Below are positions 37,413-48,070 of a DNA stretch of 64,000 nt, piece by piece. Position 1 is the first letter of the stretch. Every line of letters begins with the position of its first letter. The notes below the pieces were generated by a model. It worked only from the letters and a program-made list of their open reading frames with translations, was not told the origin of the DNA and did no database searches. The DNA lies in assembly GCA_964426755.1 (NCBI GenBank), contig CAYRRR010000002.1:1459-65458 (forward strand), in the 5' to 3' direction. A program made the translations under genes and the position numbers. The DNA comes from an uncultured Candidatus Saccharibacteria bacterium. Lineage in GTDB: Bacteria > Patescibacteriota > Saccharimonadia > Saccharimonadales > JAGQNJ01.

Positions 37413-37874
37413 ATGAAAAAACAATTTCATTTAACTAAAGAAGGTATTGCAGAACTAAAGGCAGAACTAAAGGCATTGCAAGCCGAGCGTGTTCCGATTG
37501 CTGAACGCATTAAGACAGCCCGTGAGTTTGGTGACTTAGCTGAAAATGCGGAATACACCGCTGCAAGGGCTGAGCAGGAGCAAACCGAAGGTCGCATAGC
37601 GGAAATCGAGCATATTTTACAAAACGTTAAAGTCATACACAAACCGACAGGTGATAGTAAGGTTCAGTTGGGCTCAAATGTGAAGCTTAAAAGTGCTGAC
37701 GGTAAAACAAAAGAGTTTCAAGTGGTTGGTACGGTTGAAGCTGATCCGATGAATGGCAAGATCTCTGATGAGTCTCCTATTGGTAAGGCGTTATTGGGCA
37801 AAAAAGAGGGCGATGAAGTAGAGATTAAAACACCAGCTGAAACCTCTGCATACGTGATTATTGAAATAGGTTAG
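37413..37874 (+). CDS. greA: Transcription elongation factor GreA
   Basis: AREFGDLAENAEY, ISDESPIGKALLG. Confidence 0.97.
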   Translation: MKKQFHLTKEGIAELKAELKALQAERVPIAERIKTAREFGDLAENAEYTAARAEQEQTEGRIAEIEHILQNVKVIHKPTGDSKVQLGSNVKLKSADGKTKEFQVVGTVEADPMNGKISDESPIGKALLGKKEGDEVEIKTPAETSAYVIIEIG

Positions 37875-37878
37875 ATTT

Positions 37879-39441
37879 ATGTCTGACAATTCAAATAAAA
37901 GATATTGGCTGACAACCGTTGTCGAGCAAATAGCCAAAGAATACCCAAATGGTACGCTTGTCGTGGCAAGTGGTATTTCTCCGTCTGCTAGTTATCATAT
38001 CGGCCATTTTCGAGAAGTATTGACTGCTGATGGTCTAGCATGGGGACTGCGAAGGCTTGGGCGAGAAGTTCGCCACATCCACTTTGTTGATAATTTTGAT
38101 CCATTACGAAAGCGCTATCATTTTTTGCCCAAATCGTACGACCAGTATGTCGGCTGGCCTATTTGTCTTGTTCCAGCTCCAGATGGTAGTGAGAAGAGCT
38201 ATGCTACGTACTTTAGTGAAGAGTTTCAGAAGCGTGCTTCTGAGATGGGTATTGATATGGAAGTTGTTTACAGCTACGAAGACCAATACAAAAGTGGCAA
38301 AATGGTGCCGTATATTGAAGCAGCCTTGGCGCACGGTCCAGAAATTCGAGATATTTTTAAACGAGTAGCTAATAGAGATTTGTCAGATGATTGGATGCCG
38401 ATCCAAATACTATCAGACAATAAAAGCTTTAACGAATGGCGCTATAAGGCCATTGATACAAGTAAAAAGACTATCGCTTACATTGACAAAAACGGTCAAG
38501 AAGGAGAGGTTAGCTATCAAGACGGTCGGGTAAAACTTAACTGGCGGCTTGATTGGCCGGCGCGCTGGGCATTATGGAATGTAGATGTTGAACCATATGG
38601 CAAAGAGCATGCGACAAAGGGTGGAAGTTACGATACGGGCGCTGAATTTGTAAAAACAGTTTTTAAGGCAAAAGCGCCGTTTCCGTTGCCTTACGACACG
38701 ATTAATATGGCGGGTGACAATAAAAAAATGAGCAGCTCGCTAGGGAACGTAGTAACGCCGGCTGAAGCTCTTGAAATTATGCCGCCAGAAGTTTTACGTT
38801 ATTTCGTATATCGCAATTTACCAAGGCGAGTGCTTTATTTTGATAGTGGCCTCGGTCTATACAACCTGATTGATGAATTCAGCAAAGTTGAAGAAGCTGT
38901 AGAGTCGGGCAATACGCATGAGTTTGCGGAAGCGTACAATGTATCAACTGCTATTTCATCACAGCGAACGATAACAAGCATACCATTTAACCATTTGGTA
39001 AGCGTATTCCAGGCAGCTCAAGGTAATGAAGAGGAAATAGTAGCTATTTTGAAGCGAACCGGGTACGGTGACGTTGTCTCGACTCACGCAGAGGTGCTCA
39101 AGCGTGAAATCCCCTATGTTGCCAACTGGCTAGAGAAGTACGCGCCTGATAGCGTAAAATTTGTTGTTCAAGATGCGCTGCCAAAGGTTGAACTGAGCGA
39201 AGCGCAGAAACAATTTGCGCAAATACTTGCTGACAAGCTCGTTGCTATGCAAGATATCGACGGTCAAACAATGCATGAGACAATATACGCAGCCAAAGAA
39301 GAGGCTGACCTGCAGCCGGGTGAGGCATTTAAGGCGCTGTATCGTTTAATTCTAGACAAAGATTCTGGCCCAAAGGCCGGTTGGTTTTTGGCCTCGCTTG
39401 ATAAAGGATGGCTGATTAAACGTCTTAAGCAAGAGGTATAA
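37879..39441 (+). CDS. lysS: Lysine--tRNA ligase, class I
   Basis: SGISPSASYHIGHFRE, KLNWRLDWPARW, EPYGKEH, KMSSS, GPKAG. Confidence 0.95.
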   Translation: MSDNSNKRYWLTTVVEQIAKEYPNGTLVVASGISPSASYHIGHFREVLTADGLAWGLRRLGREVRHIHFVDNFDPLRKRYHFLPKSYDQYVGWPICLVPAPDGSEKSYATYFSEEFQKRASEMGIDMEVVYSYEDQYKSGKMVPYIEAALAHGPEIRDIFKRVANRDLSDDWMPIQILSDNKSFNEWRYKAIDTSKKTIAYIDKNGQEGEVSYQDGRVKLNWRLDWPARWALWNVDVEPYGKEHATKGGSYDTGAEFVKTVFKAKAPFPLPYDTINMAGDNKKMSSSLGNVVTPAEALEIMPPEVLRYFVYRNLPRRVLYFDSGLGLYNLIDEFSKVEEAVESGNTHEFAEAYNVSTAISSQRTITSIPFNHLVSVFQAAQGNEEEIVAILKRTGYGDVVSTHAEVLKREIPYVANWLEKYAPDSVKFVVQDALPKVELSEAQKQFAQILADKLVAMQDIDGQTMHETIYAAKEEADLQPGEAFKALYRLILDKDSGPKAGWFLASLDKGWLIKRLKQEV

Positions 39442-39481
39442 GCATATAGCAAATATATCGCTTGTGACATAAGGAGGACCT

Positions 39482-40000
39482 ATGAAGGCAACACTAGCAG
39501 GAGGGTGCTTTTGGTGTTTGGAGGCAGCATATCAATTAATTGAGGGTGTAAAAAAAGTTGTACCTGGGTATGCTGGTGGAGCGTTTGAAAATCCATCATA
39601 TCAGCAAGTATGTACGGGTGAGACAGGTCATGCAGAGGCGGTGCAAATTACCTATGACGAGCAAGTCCTAAGCTATCAAGATATACTGGATATTTTTTGG
39701 ACTATTCATGATCCAACAACCTTAAACAGACAGGGTAATGACATAGGATCACAATATCGGTCTATTATTTTGTACGCAAATAATGAGCAAAAGCGGCAAG
39801 CCGAGCGGTCACGCAAACAAGTACAAAAAATTTGGGAAGATCCGGTGGTTACAGAAATTAAACCACTTGAAAAGTTTTATGAAGCAGAGCCGGAACACCA
39901 CGATTACTTTAAAAAACACCCTAATCAGACGTACTGTCAGGTGGTAATAAATCCAAAACTAGAAAAGCTGCGCCAAAAGTTTATAGCTAAACTCAAATAA
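39482..40000 (+). CDS. msrA: Peptide methionine sulfoxide reductase A
   Basis: GGCFWC, TGHAEAV, HDPTTLNRQGND.G.QYRS, FYEAE.EH.DY. Confidence 0.97.
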   Translation: MKATLAGGCFWCLEAAYQLIEGVKKVVPGYAGGAFENPSYQQVCTGETGHAEAVQITYDEQVLSYQDILDIFWTIHDPTTLNRQGNDIGSQYRSIILYANNEQKRQAERSRKQVQKIWEDPVVTEIKPLEKFYEAEPEHHDYFKKHPNQTYCQVVINPKLEKLRQKFIAKLK

Positions 40001-40052
40001 TTTTTACTTTATAACGGCTGGCAAAGTGCAGAGATAATGATACAGTTAAGAT

Positions 40053-40862
40053 ATGAAAAAGTTTACGAGCCTTCTTAGGACAAAACAAAAAGTCAATTTT
40101 GAAAGATTAAATAAATGGAATATTGGCCTGGCAATACTCCACGCCGTGCAAGGTATTTTGATTCTAGTGTTAAGCCGGGGTGCAAACACAGCGGTAAGCA
40201 CCAGCTATTTAAGTATAGATCCGCTGCTGAGTCGTGATGGCCAGCCGGTTCTGGTGCCAGCCTCATCCAATTTGTTTGATTTAAATCTCGGTTACTTGGT
40301 GGCGGCGTTTTTCTTTATGTCGACAATTGCCCACACCGTTATTGCAACCATATATAGAAAGCGGTATGAAGATGGGTTGAAGAAGGGTATAAATCGGGTG
40401 CGGTGGATAGAGTATGCCTTTAGTGCCAGCACCATGATGGTGGCAATTGCAGTTTTGAGTGGCGTATACGATCTTTCAAGTTTACTAATGATATTTAGCC
40501 TGGTGGCAGTTATGAATCTGATGGGACTTGTCATGGAGCTTTGGAATCAAACTACAAAACAAACTAACTGGTTGAGTTTTGTGATAGGCTGTTTTGCTGG
40601 CATAGTACCGTGGATTGTGTTTGCGGTTTACGTATGGGGTGCCAATGTGTATGGGGCGGGCCAGATTCCAGCCTTTGTGTACTGGATTTACCTTAGCATT
40701 TTCATATTCTTTAATATTTTTGCAATTAATATGTATCTTCAATACAAGAAAAAGGGCAAATGGGCAGATTATCTGTACGGCGAAAAAATTTATATGATAT
40801 TAAGCCTTGTCGCGAAGTCTGCACTGGCCTGGCAGGTGTTTGCCGGAACCTTGAGGCCATAA
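40053..40862 (+). CDS. Heliorhodopsin
   Basis: 7 TM; LHAVQ, IAH, NRVRWIEY.FSAS.M, YMILSLVAKSALAWQVF with retinal-binding Lys. Confidence 0.93.
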   Translation: MKKFTSLLRTKQKVNFERLNKWNIGLAILHAVQGILILVLSRGANTAVSTSYLSIDPLLSRDGQPVLVPASSNLFDLNLGYLVAAFFFMSTIAHTVIATIYRKRYEDGLKKGINRVRWIEYAFSASTMMVAIAVLSGVYDLSSLLMIFSLVAVMNLMGLVMELWNQTTKQTNWLSFVIGCFAGIVPWIVFAVYVWGANVYGAGQIPAFVYWIYLSIFIFFNIFAINMYLQYKKKGKWADYLYGEKIYMILSLVAKSALAWQVFAGTLRP

Positions 40863-40924
40863 CGAGGGATTAATCTTTTAAGAGGCTTTGGAATACCGCT
40901 CTGCCTTTGTACAATAAAAGGTAA

Positions 40925-41539
40925 ATGAGGTATTTAATTTTTGACTTTGACGGTACTCTTGCCGACAGTTTGCCGGTTATTATTGAAATTGCCGAAGATA
41001 TGCTCGGTATAGAGATCACGCAGAATGATATTGATCGATACAGAAACATGACGGCTAAACAAATCTTAAAAGAGGCGCGCATTCCTTTATATCGAGTACC
41101 GAGACTGCTTGTTAGAGGGAAAGCCCTTATGTCATCGCGCGTTAACGAGGTTGTGATGTTTAAAGGCCTTGAGCCAGTAATTAAGCAGCTAGCCGAAGAT
41201 CATGTGCTGTATGTAGTGAGTTCTAATGGTATTGGTATTATCTCTTCGTTTTTGGAGCGTAATAAAATTGATCAGTATTTTTCAAATATATATGGTAATG
41301 TCGGTTTGTTCAGTAAGGCTCAAGCCATTAAGCGGGTAATGAAACGCGAACAATTTGAGGCCTCAAAATCTATATATATAGGTGATGAAGTACGAGATAT
41401 TGAAGCTGCCAAAAAAATTGGTATGCCTATTATTTCAGTGACCTGGGGTTATAACGGTAAAGAAATATTACGCAAATACCAACCCGATTATTTAGTAGAT
41501 TCACCACGAGCACTACAAAAAACAATAAAAGCTCTATAG
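40925..41539 (+). CDS. HAD-family phosphatase (Gph-like)
   Basis: FDFDGTLADS, SSN, K, YIGDEVRDIEAA, VTWGY. Confidence 0.92.
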   Translation: MRYLIFDFDGTLADSLPVIIEIAEDMLGIEITQNDIDRYRNMTAKQILKEARIPLYRVPRLLVRGKALMSSRVNEVVMFKGLEPVIKQLAEDHVLYVVSSNGIGIISSFLERNKIDQYFSNIYGNVGLFSKAQAIKRVMKREQFEASKSIYIGDEVRDIEAAKKIGMPIISVTWGYNGKEILRKYQPDYLVDSPRALQKTIKAL

Positions 41540-41580
41540 TCAGGTTCGGCTCCTATAACATGCTGCTATACTAAAGTGAC

Positions 41581-42360
41581 ATGAGTTATTTTAGGGAACG
41601 CAGTCAACCGTATAAACCAGGACAAAAAACTCCATTCAAGGTGAGTCGCAGTAAAATTGAGCTGTTTATGCAGTGTCCACGTTGTTTTTGGCTTGACGTG
41701 CGTTTGAAAATTACGCGGCCAAGTGGCCCCCCGTTTAATATTAATAAAGCAATTGATGAACTCTTAAAAAAAGAATTTGATAGTTTTCGGCTTAAAAAAG
41801 AGCCTCACCCCTGGATGATAGAAAACCAAATTAAAGCAATTCCTATGCAGCATGCCGAGCTTGAAGCGTGGCGTCACAATTTTACAGGGGTATTTACACT
41901 CCATAAACCTACCAATTTACATGTATTTGGTGCGCTTGATGACATTTGGGTGGGTGGCGATGGCGAACTTATTGTGGTAGATTACAAGGCAACTTCAAAA
42001 GATAGAGAAGTTACAATAGATTCTGATTGGCAAATTAGCTATAAGCGTCAGCTTGAAGTGTATCAATGGTTGCTAAGACAGAACGGCTTCACGGTAAGCG
42101 ATACAGGATATTTTGTTTACACCAATGCCCGGATTGATGCAGAGGGTTTTTTTAACAGAGTCGAGTTTAAAACAAAAATAATTCCATACCAAGGTAACGA
42201 TGCATGGATTGAGCCAACCCTGCAAAAGATGAAAGATTGTATGGAAGGCGACATGCCAAAAGTGGGCATGGCGGCCATGGGCGGTCCATGCGATTTCTGT
42301 GTGTATGTCAGAAAACGCACTGAATTAACCTTAAAGCACCTGCAAAATAAGAAGAAATAG
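41581..42360 (+). CDS. PD-(D/E)XK nuclease, RecB/Cas4-like
   Basis: SRSKIELF..CPRCF, GALDD, VVDYK, QLEVY, C-terminal CDFC. Confidence 0.85.
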   Translation: MSYFRERSQPYKPGQKTPFKVSRSKIELFMQCPRCFWLDVRLKITRPSGPPFNINKAIDELLKKEFDSFRLKKEPHPWMIENQIKAIPMQHAELEAWRHNFTGVFTLHKPTNLHVFGALDDIWVGGDGELIVVDYKATSKDREVTIDSDWQISYKRQLEVYQWLLRQNGFTVSDTGYFVYTNARIDAEGFFNRVEFKTKIIPYQGNDAWIEPTLQKMKDCMEGDMPKVGMAAMGGPCDFCVYVRKRTELTLKHLQNKKK

Positions 42361-42375
42361 CGTTATAATAACACC

Positions 42376-43671
42376 ATGCTAGATATACAGTTTATACGGG
42401 AAAATCCGGAATTAGTTGCAGAAAAATCAAAACAAAAAGGCTACGAAGTGGATATTCAGCAACTGTTGGGTTTTGACTCAAAGCGCCGCGAATTATTGGT
42501 TGCGATTGAAGCACATCGCCGAAAACGGAATGAAATCGCTGAAAGCATAAAAGGCGGCAAGCCGTCAGAAGATCAAATTACTGAAGGCCGTGAAGTTAAA
42601 GATATCTTGGCAGACCTGGAGCATCGTTTTGCCGCTATCGATAAAGAATTTATAGAGCTCCTTAAAGCGGTGCCAAATATGCCGCTCAATACCGTTCCCG
42701 TAGGTAGTTCAGAGGCCGACAATGTCGTTATTAAAGCCGTAGGCGAACGGCCGGAGTTTAACTTTAAGCCCAAAAACCATGCTGAAATTGCCGAGACAAA
42801 AGGATGGCTAGATCGAGAGCGGGCGGTTAAGATTGCCGGAGCGCGCTTTATATACTCTAAAGGTGATTTAGTTTTGTTGGAATGGGCACTTATGCGGTAT
42901 GGCATGGACGTATTAAGCGATGAAGCGACGTTAAATGAAATTGTTAATAATAGTAACCTTCGTGTTAGTGCTAAGCCGTTTATGCCCGTGCTACCGCCGT
43001 CTGTCGCTAAAAAAGAAGTCTTTGAAGCTACCGGCCGGCTTAATCGCGAAGAGCAGACGTATAAAATCGAAGACGAAGATTTATGGCTGAACGCCAGCGC
43101 CGAACACACACTTGCGCCGATGTATTTAGATGAGATATTGCCTGAAGGCGACCTCCCGCTACGATACGTCGGTTATACGACAGCTTTCAGAAAAGAGGCT
43201 GGCACCTACGGGAAAGATACCGAAGGATTATTTCGTCTACATCAGTTTAACAAACTAGAAATGGAGAGTTTCACGACGCCTGAAAACTCTCTGCAAGAAC
43301 ATCTTTTCATGGTTGCGATTCAAGAATACTTAATGCAGCAACTTGGATTGCCGTATCAGGTGTTAGAAAAGTGCACTGCAGATATCGGGAAACCAAATGC
43401 TAAAGGTGTTGACATTGAAGTGTGGTTGCCGAGCCAAAATACTTATCGAGAAACCCACACGGCAGACTATATGACCGACTATCAAGCGCGAGCAATGAAA
43501 ACTCGCATACGTCGAAGTAGTGGTGATATAGAGTTTGTGCACACAAATGATGCAACTGTGTTTGCCCAACGGCCTCTTATTGGAATCATCGAAAATTATC
43601 AAACACGCGAAGGAGACGTGATTGTTCCAGAGGTGCTCAGGAAATATATGAGAGGGAGAGTAAAAATCTAA
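42376..43671 (+). CDS. serS: Serine--tRNA ligase
   Basis: MLDIQFIREN, FRKEAG.YGKDT.GLFRLHQF.K.E, TDYQAR. Confidence 0.97.
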   Translation: MLDIQFIRENPELVAEKSKQKGYEVDIQQLLGFDSKRRELLVAIEAHRRKRNEIAESIKGGKPSEDQITEGREVKDILADLEHRFAAIDKEFIELLKAVPNMPLNTVPVGSSEADNVVIKAVGERPEFNFKPKNHAEIAETKGWLDRERAVKIAGARFIYSKGDLVLLEWALMRYGMDVLSDEATLNEIVNNSNLRVSAKPFMPVLPPSVAKKEVFEATGRLNREEQTYKIEDEDLWLNASAEHTLAPMYLDEILPEGDLPLRYVGYTTAFRKEAGTYGKDTEGLFRLHQFNKLEMESFTTPENSLQEHLFMVAIQEYLMQQLGLPYQVLEKCTADIGKPNAKGVDIEVWLPSQNTYRETHTADYMTDYQARAMKTRIRRSSGDIEFVHTNDATVFAQRPLIGIIENYQTREGDVIVPEVLRKYMRGRVKI

Positions 43672-44030
43672 TGTCATTAAAGCTAGAAATAAACGCAATA
43701 CATACCGATGTTAGCGATGATCTTAAAAAGTATATTACAAAGAAAATCGGTCGATTGGATCGATTTTTATCACGGCGTGCGCGCGAATCATCGCGTGGCG
43801 AAGTAAAGTTAAAACAGTCAAAGAATAAAGGCAAAAAACAACACACCTGTGAAGTCGTGCTTCACTTGCCTCACGAAACCATTACGGTTAGCGAGACAAC
43901 CATAAACATGTTCGCAGCTGTAGACATTGTAGAGACTAAACTCAAAAATCAGCTTAAAAAATACAAAGAAACACATTCAGTCTTACGGGGTCGTACGCGA
44001 CAGTTGCTTAGCAAAATACGTTCGCGTTAA
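43671..44030 (+). CDS. hpf: Ribosome hibernation factor HPF/RaiA (short)
   Basis: LKKYITKKIGRLDRF, MFAAVDIV..KL..QLKKYKE; hpf-secA synteny. Confidence 0.88.
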   Translation: MSLKLEINAIHTDVSDDLKKYITKKIGRLDRFLSRRARESSRGEVKLKQSKNKGKKQHTCEVVLHLPHETITVSETTINMFAAVDIVETKLKNQLKKYKETHSVLRGRTRQLLSKIRSR

Positions 44031-44100
44031 GCCTGTGAAGTAGGGTACAATATACCTCCAGAGTGGGAAGATCTTATAAGTTAGGGAAGAATTGAGGATA

Positions 44101-46716
44101 ATGAAAAGAATTTTAAAGAAAGTTTTAGGTGACCCGCAAGCCCAAACTATTAAACGGCTACGCAAACGCGTAAAAGAGATAAATGATCTGGCTGATAAGT
44201 ACAAAAAACTTTCGGACGAGAAGTTAAAATCACAAACGGACGTTTTGAAGAAGCGGCTCGAGAAAGAGTCGCTGGATAAAATATTGCCTGACGCTTTTGC
44301 GGTGGTACGCGAAGCTGCAACCCGAACGCTTAAGCAGCGCCATTTTGATGTACAGCTTATTGGCGGCATGGTTCTTCATGAAGGCAAGGTTGCCGAGATG
44401 AAGACCGGTGAAGGGAAAACATTGGTTGCGACCCTACCGGTATATCTCAATGCCTTAACAAGTAAAGGGGTACACGTTGTAACGGTAAACGACTATCTAG
44501 CGCAACGTGATGCCGGTTGGATGGGGCAAATCTATGATTTTATGGGGTTGAGCATTGGTGTTATCATTCCTGACGGTTCATTTATTTATGATGCAGCCTA
44601 TAAAAATGAGAATCATGACGATCCGCGCTTGCGACACCTTAAACCCTGTACACGGCAAGAAGCCTATGCGGCTGATATAACCTATGGTACAAATAATGAG
44701 TTCGGCTTTGATTATTTACGAGACAACATGGTGCGCGAAGAAGCGCAGTTGCGCCAGCGAGACTTGCATTATGCAATTGTTGACGAGGTTGACTCAATTT
44801 TAATTGACGAGGCGAGAACACCGTTGATAATTTCGGCTGCGGCAGCCGCAAGCGCCACAGCTTACGAGCAATTTGCCAAAGTGGTGCGAACACTGGTAAA
44901 AGATAAGCACTATACGGTCGATGAAAAGCACCGTTCAGTTGTACTGACTGATGAGGGTGTAGAAGCAGTTGAAAAGAAGCTTGGCATCGATAATTTATAC
45001 GCAACAGAAAATATACGCAACATCTATCATCTTGAGCAGGCGTTAAAGGCTGAAGCTGTATTTAAGCGTGACAAAGATTACGTCATAACAAAAGATGGCG
45101 AGATTGTTATTGTTGACGAATTTACTGGTCGTTTATTGAAAGGTCGCCGTTATAACGAGGGTCTTCACCAGGCAATCGAGGCCAAAGAAGGAGTAGAAGT
45201 CAAAGAAGAATCAATGACTTTAGCTACCATTTCATTCCAGAACTACTTTCGGCTATACGAAAAGCTGTCGGGTATGACCGGTACTGCAGAAACTGAAAGT
45301 GAAGAGTTTCACCAGATCTATAAGCTCGACGTCGTGCAGGTCCCTTCTAATAAGCCGCTAATTAGAGATGATCGACCTGATCGAATCTATAAAACCGAGA
45401 CGGCTAAATTCCGGGCAATTATTAAAGAAGTTCAGGTGCTTCATACCAAGGGGCAGCCAGTTCTGATTGGTACAGTGTCAATTGAGCGTAATGAACTACT
45501 CAGTAGCATGCTTAAGCGGGCCGGTATTCCTCACCAAGTTTTGAATGCAAAAAATAATGAAAAAGAGGCGGCCATTGTTGCCGGCGCTGGTCAGAAAGGT
45601 GCAGTTACGCTGGCGACTAACATTGCCGGGCGAGGAACCGATATTGTTTTGAGCGATGAGGTAAAGAAGCTTGGTGGCCTGTTTGTACTTGGTTCTGAAC
45701 GGCATGAATCGAGACGTATTGATAATCAGCTGCGAGGACGCTCTGGTCGTCAAGGCGACCCTGGTGTAACACAATTCTTCGTTTCGTGTGAAGATGACCT
45801 TATGCGTATCTTTGGTGGTGAACGAATATTAGCTATCATGGAGCGACTTAACGTTGATGACGATACACCGATTGAAAACAGGGTAATATCGCGAAGTTTA
45901 GAGGCGGCACAAAAGAAGGTTGAAGGCTTTAACTTTGACCAGCGGAAAAATGTTGTTCAGTATGACGACGTCATGAACCGCCATCGCAAAGCCACCTATA
46001 CAATTCGACGCGAAATATTAAAAGATACTGATATTAGTAAACGAATTAGAGCTTTTATTGCGGATGAGGCCAAGGCGATAGCTCAATCACCGCTAGCTCA
46101 TACCGAGGAATATGAAGAAATGCTTAAACAGGTATTTCCTCTGGATGATGCGGCCTTAGATGTGGTGTTTGATGCCGAGTATGATCAGTTTGCAAAAGTT
46201 TTAACCCAAAAGGCTTTAGAATTGTACGAAAGTCGCGAGGCGGCTTTTGGTTCAGATACCATGCGGGCGGTTGAGCGTGAAATTTATTTGCAAGTACTCG
46301 ATAACTTATGGATGGAGCACCTTGAAAGCATGAATCATTTGCGTGAAGGCATTGGCTGGATGGGGGTTGGTCAAAAAGATCCCTTGGTTGAATATCGACG
46401 TCGCTCGCAAGTACTGTTTGAAGATATGCAGCTCAGGTTGCGCCAAGAAATTGTGAAGACTATATTCACCGCCGCACCAGTAAATGAAAACCAGCCTGTT
46501 GAGACTGAACTAACTCGAGCAGCTCGCCGTTCAGTTGATAATGCTGATAAAATTATTGAAGCAGAAGGGCTGCATGATGAGGATTTCCTTTCAGTTTCAG
46601 ACAATACCGCCCAGCTTACTGAAGTTAAGGCCACAAAAAAACAAACTTCGACTAAAAACCGAAAAAAAGCCCGTAAAGCAGAGCGCAAGCGGCGGGCAAA
46701 AGGGCGCAAACATTAA
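44101..46716 (+). CDS. secA: Preprotein translocase SecA
   Basis: EMKTGEGKT, VTVNDYLA, DEVDSILIDEARTPL, ATNIAGRGTD, GRSGRQGDPG. Confidence 0.98.
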   Translation: MKRILKKVLGDPQAQTIKRLRKRVKEINDLADKYKKLSDEKLKSQTDVLKKRLEKESLDKILPDAFAVVREAATRTLKQRHFDVQLIGGMVLHEGKVAEMKTGEGKTLVATLPVYLNALTSKGVHVVTVNDYLAQRDAGWMGQIYDFMGLSIGVIIPDGSFIYDAAYKNENHDDPRLRHLKPCTRQEAYAADITYGTNNEFGFDYLRDNMVREEAQLRQRDLHYAIVDEVDSILIDEARTPLIISAAAAASATAYEQFAKVVRTLVKDKHYTVDEKHRSVVLTDEGVEAVEKKLGIDNLYATENIRNIYHLEQALKAEAVFKRDKDYVITKDGEIVIVDEFTGRLLKGRRYNEGLHQAIEAKEGVEVKEESMTLATISFQNYFRLYEKLSGMTGTAETESEEFHQIYKLDVVQVPSNKPLIRDDRPDRIYKTETAKFRAIIKEVQVLHTKGQPVLIGTVSIERNELLSSMLKRAGIPHQVLNAKNNEKEAAIVAGAGQKGAVTLATNIAGRGTDIVLSDEVKKLGGLFVLGSERHESRRIDNQLRGRSGRQGDPGVTQFFVSCEDDLMRIFGGERILAIMERLNVDDDTPIENRVISRSLEAAQKKVEGFNFDQRKNVVQYDDVMNRHRKATYTIRREILKDTDISKRIRAFIADEAKAIAQSPLAHTEEYEEMLKQVFPLDDAALDVVFDAEYDQFAKVLTQKALELYESREAAFGSDTMRAVEREIYLQVLDNLWMEHLESMNHLREGIGWMGVGQKDPLVEYRRRSQVLFEDMQLRLRQEIVKTIFTAAPVNENQPVETELTRAARRSVDNADKIIEAEGLHDEDFLSVSDNTAQLTEVKATKKQTSTKNRKKARKAERKRRAKGRKH

Positions 46717-48011
46717 TGAAACATACAGTTCATGAGCTTACCTTAAAAAATGGTGCAAAAGGCTTACTGGTGCACATTCCTGATGCTACCGTCATAACAT
46801 ATGACATTAATTTTCGGGCTGGTGAATATTTGGTAGAGCGTAATAAATGGGAAACGCCACATTTAATGGAGCACGTTCTGCTCGGTGCTAATGAATTATT
46901 CCCACGATCACGTGATTTCCAGGCGGAGTTAGAAAAAAACGGAGCATATGCAAATGCCAGCACCGGTAGTTACGATATTACATATGAAGCTGAGTGCGCA
47001 GATTTTGAGTGGGATCGCGTTTTAGGTTTACTTCTTACTGCCATTTCTAAGCCACTATTTTTACAAGATGAATTTGAAGCAGAATTGGGTAATGTTCGAG
47101 AAGAGTTATTTTCGCGCTCAAATAATCATTTTCGATACTTGAATTTAGCACTGCGTGAGAAGTACGGTTTTTGCGTCATGACCGATCAAGAGCGACTCAA
47201 GCTAATGGATAATGTGACTCTTGGTGATGTTCAGGCGCACTATAAAAAAACGCATCGCGCTCCCAATATGCGTTTTGTTATCGCAGGAAACCTGACAAAA
47301 CCGAGACAGGAGGTCATACGTAAATTATTAACTACTATCGAATTAGAGGGTGATGGTTATCGGACCCCGCTGCCAGATGAAACGCCCAAATCTTTGTCAG
47401 AGCCATTATATTTACATAACCCAACTATTGAAAATCTGTATTTTTATATCGACACCTTTACTCGCCGACGAGTAACAGAGACGGAGAGTTACGGTCTGAT
47501 GTTGTCTAATATACTTCTAACAGAAACACTTCATTCACGTATTTTTGGCCAAGCGCGCGAGAAAGGTTTAGTTTACGGAGTCAGCTCAAATTATTCACGT
47601 TTGCTTGGTTCGACTAATATGTGGCTGGGCGCGCAGGTTATGCCGCAAAACATGCAGGCACTTTCATCGATTATTCGACACGAAATTAACGACATGAAAC
47701 AGGGGGGCATTAGTGAAGAGGAACTAAGGGCGGCTAAGCTTTTTGCTTTAGGGCGCTATCAGCGAAGTGCGCAAACAGTGGCCAGTACGGCAAATCTTTA
47801 TAGTAGCCGCTACTTCTATGAGGAGGAAACTGAAGATTACTATGCAATTCCGGATAAAATACAGGCAGTGACCAAAGATCAGATGGTGGCAGCAATCAAT
47901 GCTGTATTTGCAGAAAAGGTGCGTGGTTTCGGCGTGCTGGGTAGCTGTGGCGAGGAATTTGTACATAAAGCATATACTGCTCTCGAAAGCTTATGGGCAG
48001 AGGTTGCATAA
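46716..48011 (+). CDS. M16 family zinc peptidase
   Basis: HLMEH inverted zincin motif, NAST, REKGLVY. Confidence 0.9.
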   Translation: MKHTVHELTLKNGAKGLLVHIPDATVITYDINFRAGEYLVERNKWETPHLMEHVLLGANELFPRSRDFQAELEKNGAYANASTGSYDITYEAECADFEWDRVLGLLLTAISKPLFLQDEFEAELGNVREELFSRSNNHFRYLNLALREKYGFCVMTDQERLKLMDNVTLGDVQAHYKKTHRAPNMRFVIAGNLTKPRQEVIRKLLTTIELEGDGYRTPLPDETPKSLSEPLYLHNPTIENLYFYIDTFTRRRVTETESYGLMLSNILLTETLHSRIFGQAREKGLVYGVSSNYSRLLGSTNMWLGAQVMPQNMQALSSIIRHEINDMKQGGISEEELRAAKLFALGRYQRSAQTVASTANLYSSRYFYEEETEDYYAIPDKIQAVTKDQMVAAINAVFAEKVRGFGVLGSCGEEFVHKAYTALESLWAEVA

Positions 48012-48070
48012 GCGGTTATCAATCAGTACACTAAAAGCATCGATAATATAAAGCTTATAGGAGAAGATAA

